A program made the position numbers and the translations under genes. From Phoronis australis (Eukaryota; Animalia; Phoronida), in NCBI GenBank assembly GCA_002633005.1, contig NMRA01000215.1, positions 10,690 through 74,689 of the forward strand: a stretch of DNA of 64,000 nucleotides, written 5' to 3'. Within the stretch, counting starts at the first letter, position 1, and each line of letters begins with the position of its first letter. Below are positions 26,101 through 64,000 of this stretch, piece by piece. The notes below the pieces were generated by a model. It was given only the letters and a program-made list of their open reading frames with translations. It did not search any database and had not been told where the DNA came from.

Positions 26101-27800
26101 TTCATGAAAACGCGCTTATTTCTTCAAAACTCGGGCTGTGGATAATGAGTTCTACTTCAATCAGTTGTGTTCACGGAACTGTCAGTATTACTTAAGTTCA
26201 TTTCATGACGTCACAAAACGAGCAGGGCATGCGTATTGACGGTTGAAACAATTGAAAGGTATAATACTTAAATGTTTGATTTTCAATGATGTGCATTATC
26301 ATCTTTGATAAAATATTTTTTTCATATCATCATTTCTCAATTGTTCGAAAACGCCAATCGAAAGTCATTTTTTTTCTTGTGATAATTTAACGAAACTGGT
26401 ACCACATCACATCACCAGATGGCGCAATCAGAAAACAGGAAGGCTCGTACATTTTCTGTCAGTCGCATCCTTATTTATTTTTCTTTTAGGCAATGCAGGT
26501 AAACTTCTGGATTTATCGGTTTAAAAGCTCAAATTAAACAACTGCCTCCTTAAAAAGAGGAACGGTTTTTACCTCCCGTTGAATCCTAATTTGTATGGTC
26601 TGTGCACAGTGATAACCTTCCTGAATGTAAATTAGAGTTACACGTGATTGAAAAAGTCAGTCGGGTGACATTCACCATGGAACCTCGTTTATCATGTGGT
26701 TGTGGCAGGAACTTGGAGTTTAAATAGACGAGAAAATGTACTAGAAACGGGAATCTGTGCCTCTTTAAAGTAGTGGCTTCCATTCGTTGTACTTGCATTT
26801 AGGTGCCGTTGGGCTTGAGGATTTGAAAGCTTTTCTACAAGAGGCAACTTTAACTATAGAACTTTGCCACGAGAATGTCCTTTCCACAACTGGAGTTGCC
26901 GTGAAAGACGACACCCCTTATGCAGTCCTGCCTTTTATGGAAAATGGGGACCTAAAATCGTTCATCACTGATCCGCAAAACGTAATTATATGTTATACGT
27001 ACTTTTCGCATCTACCTAAGACTATTACGTCAGCTATCCACTTGCCATCAGTGTAAACATATTTTTCAAAGATACTGAGGTACTCAGATCTGCAAAACTA
27101 TTACCATATGATTCAGTGCGCGGGATTCCAGCTTATGTCACTGAATATAAATTATTGAAATGCTATATTTTAGGGTGTCTGAACAGTTTTTAATGGAATA
27201 TACCGTTCGTACATAAACATTTAAGATGAAACCACGTTATGTTTGGACATTGTGTGTTAGATCTTTTTCAGGTGTGGTTAAAGGCAAAAGATTTGATTGA
27301 GTTTGGTCTTCAGGTGGCAAAAGGAATGGAATACTTGGACAAACATAAATTTGTCCATCGTGACTTGGCTGCGCGAAACTGCATGTGAGTTCTATTGCGA
27401 AGTTAAATAAAAGAATTAAGGTCGAATAATAAATCACTTTGAAATATGAGATAACAAAAGTTTTTCGCAGCTTTTCCAAGGTACGAAAATCTTTTTGGCG
27501 ATCCGGAATTAATGAGATTCTTATCGCTAGGACATTTGCATTCTCAATACCGGTAAGTTCGAACCATTGGAGAGGTCTTTTCAACGGTGAATGGCTTTGC
27601 AATGTCGAAATATTTCCATTCCTGCAGTAGATATCAAAATTTTTCGTACGAAACGTTAAGGTTATCTAAAGCCTTATTCAGTGACTTTCATTCTAACTGG
27701 TATATCAAAAAACAGGGTAAGTCGACTAGTAAAAGTATACCCGGTATATACTCTGAAAGAAAAAGATCAGCTATTATAAAATGTTTCATATTTATGTGCC

Positions 27801-27850
<50 letters not shown>

Positions 27851-30800
27851 GTTACCACTTTTTAAGTCGATTCTAATGAAACAATTTTAAATGAGAAGTT
27901 CAAAGACACTATTAAGAATGATCGATCGCTCATTTAGCTTAGTGTGTTTTTATGCAAGGTATTTTTGTAAAAATAGCAGTCGTATTCGTCTATCCTATCG
28001 TACACAAAAACTAGGTGTTTAAAAGGACAATTCTAACAGCATTCTTGAAAATAATGAATAAATATTGAAATTGGAAGTTTCAGTGAAATTCACCGGGCCG
28101 TTATCGAGAACTCGAGTTCCTAGGTTCAAATTAAGTCGATCTGCCGAAGACCAGAAAAAGCGGAAACAGTCGCGAGCCTCCATAATCTGACGGTTATCGC
28201 TTAATTATTCGATGAAAACTTGTTTTGGTCAATATAATTTATACATGAATGAACCATGTTCGCTTTTTCAACGATCACTTGCAATGTCATCTGAATTTTC
28301 AGTGAGTAATTAACTTAATTATCACTAAAAAATTTAAATTTTGTGAATGTGCCGCGAGTCAATCTAGGTCAAGGCGGGTTCAGAAGTTAAGTAGGTCAAC
28401 AGTTCATTCTGATACACACCAAGTGCTGGTGAGACTGCTATCAAGAAACCAAGTACGAAATGGACAATAGAAATCGAGTCGGTGACTAAAGCGCGCCCTG
28501 AGCACAAGATCGAAACAGCGAAATGTCATATTACCGATCAAATAAATGAATTTGGGTAAGGGTTTATCTTTTTCATAACTGGCTGAGTTAGTGAACACGT
28601 CACAGAGGCGGTGTGGCGACTCGGACTCGGTGCATTCAAGCTCAATGGTCGCATACATGCAAGCGCAAAACTACCTCATGATCAAAGCTTCGTTTTCTGT
28701 AGCATCTTTCTATGCTACATACACCTCGTTTACTCAGTATTATGACGACTCGCTGAATAAAAGGATTGAGGGTATATATGGAACTGCTCGATGCCTGGTG
28801 GGATATTCGATTTGAGTGACAACCCTTTAAACTTTGACCTCGGATAAGTAGTAAACAAATTTCCATACGGTTGAAAGTGGTTCTCTCTACACGGTATAAA
28901 TTTCGTTTTTGAAGTTCCTGGAAAATGAAGATAAGGTATTTTGCTAGACATGTGTGAAATCTTGCAAAAACGTCCAATGTTTGAGAATAAGGTTTGAGAT
29001 ACCCTTAAGCGGAAGCTGAGATAAACATACGAAGTAATTTGCGTCTTTTATGGGAATGTCATCAGAAAATGAGAGTTGCGAAGCTACATGTATGTCTATG
29101 ATCAACGTTGCAAGCTCACAATTCAGACTTTTTAATTGCACGAAAAAACACCATGAAGTAGGATTTGAATACATTTGCGTTTCAGGGTTGACGAGTATCT
29201 TGTAGTCAAAGTTGCAGACTTTGGCCTATCTCGTGATGTATATGAAACGGAGTACTACAGTGTCAGCAGCGAACAGCGTCCCCTGCCGGTAAAGTGGATG
29301 GCATTGGAGAGTCTGACGTCGGGTGTTTTTACCACTAAAACCGACGTTGTAAGTACATTACCTGGACAATTTCAAAATATTTGATTCCCAATAAACAAGC
29401 ATAAACAGTACCTCATATTGCCGTAAACTTAGCCTGCGTTTGGAGCATCGAGAACTATAAAATTCATATTTAACTGAATATTGCAACCTCACCGTTGTCA
29501 ATTGGATCAAATATCGCGAAGTCATGATTTGACGTATTTCATTCGGTCCATGGTTTAATGTGTAATTAGGAACGCTAGCTCACTGCATTAAAAAGAGAAA
29601 CAAAAGGATGTGAACCAACCCAAAACATGAACCACCAACAATGGCCTTTAAACGTGGTGTTCAGGTGTTTTGTATTACACTATGAAAAACAACGCACTAA
29701 CTTCTCAGTAGTGTTCCAATATGTTTAGAAAAGCCTGCAATAGCATTTTAAACCGTTCTTTCAGTGGTCCTATGGTGTTTTGTTGTGGGAGCTGCTCACC
29801 AGAGGTGATAGTCCATATGCTGACGTCAGCAACTTTGAAATGAAGGATTACTTGTTTCAAGGGCGGCGTTTGTCGAAGCCTGCCTATGCACCGGCTTCCA
29901 TGTAAGAACCCTAAAACATTTTTATGAATAGTGAACCAGGGTCTACGTTTCCGTATCAGCTCTTGTCTCTAACAAACAATAATAGTCGACAAAGTATTCC
30001 CGCCCATGCTGTTGTCATCTGGATTGAAAACAAAGGGTTCTACCTCAAAACATGAATCAAAATAATAGTTTTCAGAGATAGCTCCGTCTGGGGAAATATT
30101 ACTTTGGGGTTTCAGTACTGCAGTATGCACTGTGATGTTAAGTAGTAGGGTTTTTCATATTGGCGCTCTCTAGAGTAGTGAGAGCACGAAAGTGACTTTC
30201 GATTGATCCCGACTTAGATTTGGCGAACAGAAACTCAATTTCTACATAGTGGTTCATTGATTTAAAAGCACGAGAATATATTCCACTGTTTGATCAGTAT
30301 AAGAACATTAATTTATCTCAGATTTTTTACACCGGCTGAGATCGAAATTCTCCCGCTTTATCAGCAGCAGCCACTGGTTTTGTCGCGGATACTTATTTGC
30401 AGTTGGAAATGCATGGAACATAATGTCCTTGTTCCTCCGTTGATATTTCATAAGGTTTGCCCCTTCACAAGGCATTAGCACATCCCACCTCACAGCAGTG
30501 GAAATTTGCCGGCACTATAATAGAAGAAAAGGGAATAAAACACTGTTTGTGCTATTAGGTTAAACTTCCCATCCGCATTAAATGGGATATGAAGGTGACG
30601 CCGAACGCCTGTCCACCAAAGACCTGATCGTCGTCTAACGTGATCGCGAATTTCAATATGGCGCGGCAATTTTGGAAGTCAGATATTGTATTTCTCGCCT
30701 TTATACATATTTGTCGCATCTGTGCACTGACTATAACTCTAATGATGATAATGACTAGCATCGAAACGTCGATATGAAGCACGACGTCTTGCTTTTATTA

Positions 30801-31253
30801 TTTAAGTTTTTCTGACCATCAGGCCAAGAATTGACATTTTCAATATTGCGCTCTGGTAGGAACGTAAGAGTGTAACATTCAGAATACCATGCACAACAGG
30901 GCGTTGGTTGCTAATAAGCGCCTTATTTGATAACTGACAGTGGAAAGGGCCGTTGGTCTTGTTCCGTCACCGATGATTGTTTTGTGAATGAATCTGCATG
31001 CTCGACGTATTTTGTACGATAACTGAGGATTCTTCCGCTACTACTATATAATTCCGGTATATAATGATATTAGCGCTTTCTTTTTGACAGATTTCAAATG
31101 ATGCTTCGATGTTGGCTTCAAGACCCAAATGAACGTCCCGACTTTAGTAGCATAGTTGAAACAGTGACGGAAGAATTGGACATGTTATCGCCTTACGAAG
31201 TCCCTAGGGAATGCCAAGTGGACGCTTATTTGACGCCACAGAGTATGAAGTAA
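11822..31253 (+). CDS. Gene RTK-A: MET/RON (HGF receptor)-family tyrosine kinase lacking SEMA; signal peptide + 3 IPT + TM + kinase, ~733 aa, 16 exons
   Basis: Sixteen GT-AG exons sum to 2202 nt with all phases compatible. Kinase motifs are [44 protein letters not shown] and [16 protein letters not shown] motifs are [12 protein letters not shown] and FEYKENP. Exons 1-2 are the least certain. Confidence 0.9.
12200..13950. mobile_element. Heavily decayed hAT-like transposon fragments in RTK-A intron 1
   Basis: Weak traces only: a hAT dimerisation-like stretch on + (FEKSISS..LALSI.LDYQEMI, ~12400-12520) and TTF-zinc-finger/ALRGH-like traces on - (~13200-13620). Confidence 0.3.
15104..15144 (+). 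CDS. RTK-A exon 2 (41-nt micro-exon)
   Basis: Strong acceptor tttttttcttttag. Encodes [14 protein letters not shown]. Phase 1 to 0, which bridges exons 1 and 3. Confidence 0.55.
15574..15630. repeat. Perfect 27-bp tandem duplication
   Basis: agccaaaatgtgctcagtatatgcata repeated twice, just upstream of RTK-A exon 3. Confidence 0.9.
15664..15800 (+). CDS. RTK-A exon 3 (first IPT, N-half)
   Basis: [22 protein letters not shown]...NCSI. Homologous to RTK-B exon 36145-36278. Confidence 0.85.
16265..16322. repeat. (CT)n(CA)n microsatellite
   Basis: Directly visible. Confidence 0.95.
16518..16775. mobile_element. CATG-ended MITE, copy 1 (15-bp TIR, 5-bp TSD CCATA)
   Basis: CCATA|CATGCGCGCACCCAG...CTGGGTGCGCGCATG|CCATA. 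Confidence 0.9.
17504..18027. mobile_element. TTAA-targeting non-autonomous element (Kolobok-like), copy 1
   Basis: TTAA|GGTTATTTAGGATC...GGTCCTACATAACC|TTGA. Internal homology to 22371-22887 (inverted) and 54744-55266. Confidence 0.7.
18699..18875 (+). CDS. RTK-A exon 4 (IPT)
   Basis: [12 protein letters not shown]...[19 protein letters not shown]. Phase 2-2, GTAAGT donor. Confidence 0.85.
20123..20184. repeat. (CAT)n(CAG)n compound microsatellite (intronic)
   Basis: Directly visible, lies in RTK-A intron 4. Confidence 0.95.
20273..20381 (+). CDS. RTK-A exon 5 (IPT)
   Basis: [23 protein letters not shown]...FYE|GTAAGT. Confidence 0.85.
20866..21020 (+). CDS. RTK-A exon 6 (IPT)
   Basis: [15 protein letters not shown]...[10 protein letters not shown]|GTAAGT. 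Confidence 0.85.
21303..21411 (+). CDS. RTK-A exon 7
   Basis: [16 protein letters not shown]...TIDIE. Phase 2-0, homologous to RTK-B exon 41644-41743. Confidence 0.8.
21911..22081 (+). CDS. RTK-A exon 8 (last IPT)
   Basis: W.NQT.VKIG..TCHVT...NMIRCQPP. Matches RTK-B exon 44666-44833. Confidence 0.87.
22371..22887. mobile_element. TTAA-targeting non-autonomous element (Kolobok-like), copy 2, reverse orientation
   Basis: TTAA|AGGCACATAGGACCC...GTCGTACAGAACC|TTAA. Reverse-complement similarity to copy 1. Confidence 0.65.
23361..23586 (+). CDS. RTK-A exon 9 (transmembrane)
   Basis: [20 protein letters not shown] followed by an RRRR stop-transfer stretch. Confidence 0.9.
24062..24184 (+). CDS. 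RTK-A exon 10 (juxtamembrane, kinase start)
   Basis: [28 protein letters not shown]|GTAAGT. Confidence 0.92.
24225..24650. repeat. Purine-rich degenerate minisatellite (GGGAGAGACGGGGACGTTGACGGA)
   Basis: Motif recurs at ~24275, 24455, 24543 and 24605. Confidence 0.8.
25427..25519 (+). CDS. RTK-A exon 11 (G-loop, VAVK)
   Basis: [10 protein letters not shown]...KVAVKTLK. Confidence 0.92.
26803..26981 (+). CDS. RTK-A exon 12 (alphaC to hinge)
   Basis: [18 protein letters not shown]...[14 protein letters not shown]. Confidence 0.93.
27272..27384 (+). CDS. RTK-A exon 13 (catalytic loop)
   Basis: [28 protein letters not shown]. Confidence 0.95.
27802..27849. repeat. (TTA)n microsatellite
   Basis: Directly visible. 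Confidence 0.95.
29186..29348 (+). CDS. RTK-A exon 14 (activation loop)
   Basis: [18 protein letters not shown]...[11 protein letters not shown]...TKTDV. Confidence 0.95.
29765..29901 (+). CDS. RTK-A exon 15
   Basis: [18 protein letters not shown]...GRRLSKP. Confidence 0.95.
31091..31253 (+). CDS. RTK-A exon 16 (kinase end and tail)
   Basis: [16 protein letters not shown]...[21 protein letters not shown] at 31388. Confidence 0.92.
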
Positions 31254-31797
31254 AAGGGAAAGCACAGAACGCTTTCACCATTTGTTCTCAATTACGATCC
31301 TAACGGCTTGCAGCGCAAACACCACTTTATGGTTTACTTGCATTTACCTAGACCTTAATCGTCTTTTTAAACATCACCTAAATTTTTAATAAATATATTG
31401 GTGCTTTTCACAAAAGCTTTTTTGGTGTTTATTGGACATGGGCATAAGTCTGCTCTTTCGTTGGGTGTGGTAGGTTTCTGGTATAAACAACGAAAACTGT
31501 ATTTTTGTTATTTATCAATAGAGAATGTCAAATATTTAAAAATATAAGCGCAAATCATGTTAATACGTCGCCTTTGTTTTATTGTTTTCGTTCTTGAAAT
31601 AGTTGCCACAGCAGCAAAACTATTTTTATCTCTAATATATATTGAAAATATCTCCATTCTTGCAATATCTGCGTTGATAATGTTCTCACGGAAACTTGAC
31701 ATTCAACGTCAAGGTTGCTATCGCTTACTAAAACCAAACGCGTCAGCAGCAGTGACTGCTCTGTTGAGAAGTGAAGTCGGTCTTTTGAAGGTGAACT

Positions 31798-55504
<23,707 letters not shown>

Positions 55505-57351
55505 TCGACTTGATAAGTGTCGTATCTGAAGCCCAATGTTTTTGCTCATTAAGCACTCAGAAATATGCCGCTTGATAGTGACAAAACGCCTGTTTAATTT
55601 ACTTGCTAAGGGACCCTAAATTATGAAAAAAACTACAATAAACTTTAAGTTTTCAGAAAAGCATTCAGGCGTTGTAAAATTCCAAAGAAACACTGTTAAG
55701 TTACGCATTCAGTTGTAAAAATGCGTGGGGGCAAATGTATAAAATCCTCAATTATACAGTGCAGTTTGTGGGAGAGGACATATCAGGAGATTTGTTTTAC
55801 TTGGTAAAAATGTTTCCTTTAATCATATCTGATATCTCTCAGCCCACGGGGCGTGAAAAGATGCAATCCATGTGATAGTCGCTAAAGACATCTGTGTAAG
55901 AGCTGAGGATTTGCTATCCATGTGGACCAGATTGTTCTTGCACTTCGAACGTGTAAAAGGTACCAAAACCAGATTTTGACAATTAACGAACTAACGCCAA
56001 TTTGACACTCTTTGCGCAAGACAAAGTTCTTTAGACTCCTACTAATCTTCTAGTTTCATTTATGTTCAACAACACCGGTCCTTAAAAAGATGGTAAATCT
56101 TCAAGTGGTGCTAACGTTTCGGGGGAGTTAATGGACGATTGTGTGGAGAAGCCGCACGTTTCGAATTACCAAATCCATTCTGTGACGCAGTGAGGTCGGA
56201 GGTTTAGTTGGACAATGCTTTCGTCTTTCGGGATTAGTAAAAATTACACAATAGCAGATGACAGAAGCAATTTTGAGTACAATTACCAAAAACGTGGTTT
56301 AGTATTCTTTCAGGATTCCAGGGCAGAGACTACTTATGCGAAATTGTTAAAATTTCAACCCCCATATCCATGTTTAGGGTAATGCTCCTTCCTCCCTCCC
56401 CTCATGGGGCTATAGTTGGAAGATTCAATGTTTTCAAAGCATTCAAATGCGGTATAGTATTCAGAGAAAATATACAATGAGGTTACACTCTTATTTGCAA
56501 AAAAATCACGTTGCGAGCATTGCTCATTCGCGCAAAGGGTGTGACAGACAAAATTTGTGCGAGTCGGGAGATTCCTCTTACACCCCGGGACCGCAGTTAA
56601 ACCCGTTCTATCAGTCGAAGAATCAAGCCTTGATTTACTACACTTGCCGTAATAAAATTTCCCTCGTCTTGTTCCTTACTCGGTATAGATTTCTTGGCTC
56701 AGAAGTACTTACAAGTCATTACTAATAAAGACCATAAAATTTCGGGACATGTCGAGAGTAGGGTCTCAAGCTACAACAAAATATCAGTTCTTTAGAAGTT
56801 CTAAGGATCAATTTGAGACTAATTTCATTATAGTAAGTGCTCTAAATCAAAACATGTTTGACTGAAAGCATGAGTTTAATGCCGCTTTTAAAACATGTTA
56901 AACACATCTTGCTACCTAACTGGTCACGTGAAAAACGTGCTTTGATAAATTCGATCTACAAGGGGCCTGGAGGTGTTAAAGTTCAACTCACTGAGATGTT
57001 CTTGTTGTTGTTGCGAGGTCAAACTGACAGTAACTGTAAACAGGCCGTAAACGTGTGACTTCAAAAAATAGAAAGTTAATTAATATGTGGAAGATAGCAT
57101 GGCTGCTGAGAGACTATTTAAGTGAAATAGTTAATCATTATTAATGACTTAGTCAAGTTCTTCTGTTGACATATGCTGCAAGTAGTATACTTATAGTCCA
57201 TATGTATATATGTTCCTTATCAGGATTATAGAACCATGTCGCTATATGGGCCTATTTGTATCTATCACATAAGAAACTTGGAAGTTGCCATCACAGGGGT
57301 CTATTTATAGCTACATCACAGAAGAGCAGATTTAAGCCCCGTGGGGGCCTA

Positions 57352-57676
57352 TTTAAAGTAGTTTTCTATCCTGTTTACTAGCTGGCTAAACAAAGAAAAT
57401 CTAATTAGGCATTTATACCTCACAAAATCGGTCTCATAATATTCCTCACCTGAAATGAGTCGTATTTCCTTTACCAAAAGGAACATCAGTGACTCAAAAA
57501 GGCTTCACCCTTCATTACCGTTGGACAACACTACAACTAAGAATTTGAACATTCCGCATGGGCGCATTGCATGTGACTTGAGATGGAGACGGAAATAGAG
57601 TCCTAGGGTGGCTGACAGTTACAAGACCGATTTTACGATTTTTTAGCCAGTTAAATAGGGCGAAATGCCGCTTTAA
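57352..57676. mobile_element. Small TTAA-flanked MITE; related decayed copy at ~25065-25350
   Basis: ttaaag...ctggctaaa...aaaatcggtct at the left and agaccgatttt...tttagccag...ctttaa at the right. Confidence 0.55.
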
Positions 57677-59316
57677 ATGTATCTAACTTATGTCAACAAT
57701 GTTAATATTAGCAATATTTATGACTATGATTTTCGATCTCTAATGGAAAACGAAAGGTTTGTTGTTTACCAATAAATTATTTGATATCCAAATGGTATTT
57801 TTGCTAATTTATACGACTGTACTGGAGCCTATTGTTTGTCAAGTAAGGCCCGTCAACGAAATCATAATCTCACTTTCCCAAATCCATGGTATCTAGCTAC
57901 GTGCTTAACAGTAAACAGAAGAGTACCATATGTTGAGTCTACTTTTGTATCAAATAAGCGTGAGCCCAGTCGGTAATCTGGGTGGCTAATGCAATACAAG
58001 AAAAAGCATAAAGTTGTGTGTATGAATATTAAAACTCATCTGATAATTTCCCAGCTCAAAAGGCAAGAGCGGGGAAATTTTGATGTAGACTAGACATGAC
58101 AACAATTAGGTGCAACTTTACAATTCAACAGACGTTTTATTCTGTCTATATACTTAGCAAACATAACCTTTAATATGTCACAACAGCAATACACCAGTCA
58201 CGAGGGTTTGAACCATCCGGGGCCTGTTCCAAGAAACTGACTTAAGTTCATTTTGTGACTTAAGTTAAAGATATGTCTTAACTTTCAAACTTTGAAACTT
58301 CCACATTGCGTAAGTTAGTCAAAATTAAGACAAAACTTATGACAAACACACCCATGACAATGACTTGGGTGGAAGATGTTAACATCAAGTAGTACATATT
58401 ACAATTCGCTATACAATTAATAAATTAGTTTTGCAAGTCAATAATATCCTAAAATGTCAAACTGAAACAACTAAAATGTCAATGGTAAGTGACTAGCATA
58501 ATAAACAAGGAGCGTTCAAATGCACTCAAGATCAAGGAGATAAAACTGTGGACACCAGACGCCCAGACAGAGATGACGGCAATATGCACCCACATATAAA
58601 TGTGTGAGCGCATAAAAATATCTAACAAAATCTGGAAAATAAAGTAAAACACATGCTACTATCTTGTGCAAGATTTTTGTGTTACATGGGGAGTTTTCTC
58701 CCTTGTTAACATGTTATATGAGTACTTGTCTCCCTTCTTAAGAGTATTGCATGCTAGTTAGCCATTGCGCCATAAAATTGACCATCAATGTTTTCAGAGA
58801 TTCTTAATTCTATCATGTCTGTGGACACAGAAAACATTTGCACACTGCTGATTATGTACCCTTGTGAACTTAGAAATCTGTGAAGAATTTCATAAAGAAT
58901 TTTCCAATCTCAGCTGTTAATATATTCTGAGGCATATCGAAGGCAAAAACTGCTATTTTTAAGTGTGTTTCAGAGGATTAAGCTAAGTCAGATAACCGAA
59001 ATTACATTCATCAAGTTATACGATTTAGTGAACAAAGTTTTTGTAAAGGTAAACTTTTCGTAATTCACAAATGCCTCTCACTACTTGTCAAAGTTGAACA
59101 GTGAGTAGATGTCGGGTTAAAAATCACTGGTGGTATAATTGCATATTACATGTATGCACCAACCAATAGTGGACAGTAATGCCTGGTATAAGCCTTTGAC
59201 CTAACATAGCTTGAATATTTAGGACAAACAGAATGAGTGAGCAAGCCACTAAACAATTTTAGTGGTTCTTTAACTAATGCCTGAGATTGACTATACATAT
59301 GAAACTACATACAACT

Positions 59317-63954
<4,638 letters not shown>

Positions 63955-64000
63955 CTGTAAATTTAAAGCATTTTTAACAAATAACACAAGTAACCAATTT

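Overview
Intron-rich animal genomic DNA, probably from a marine invertebrate (inferred from gene families and transposon content), with single Ns at 1046 and 16372 and a gap at 63053-63198. I reconstructed four spliced genes by hand. Three are head-to-tail cell-surface genes on the + strand. (1) A 2-exon LRR protein with a signal peptide and probable GPI anchor (7512-9889). (2) RTK-A, a 16-exon, ~733-aa MET/RON-family receptor tyrosine kinase with only a signal peptide, three IPT domains, TM and kinase, and no SEMA domain (11822-31253). (3) RTK-B, its tandem paralogue (~17 exons, ~1190 aa, 31798-55504), in which a ~400-aa IgGFc-binding (FCGBP N-terminal-like) domain sits where MET has SEMA-PSI. 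The fourth gene is the 3' part (four exons) of an intron-containing HPDL on the - strand (59317-63954). The rest is a 10-bp minisatellite, an Academ-like transposase relic with a nested Tc2-like MITE, a rosa (DD41D) relic, hAT relics and several MITE families, one with clear 5-bp TSDs. The most interesting feature is the SEMA-less MET-like pair: swapped ectodomain heads, a shared Thr/Thr regulatory spine and different signalling tails, next to a GPI-LRR gene. This may be an undescribed receptor/co-receptor module. All domain and family calls come from manual motif recognition; no database search was run.
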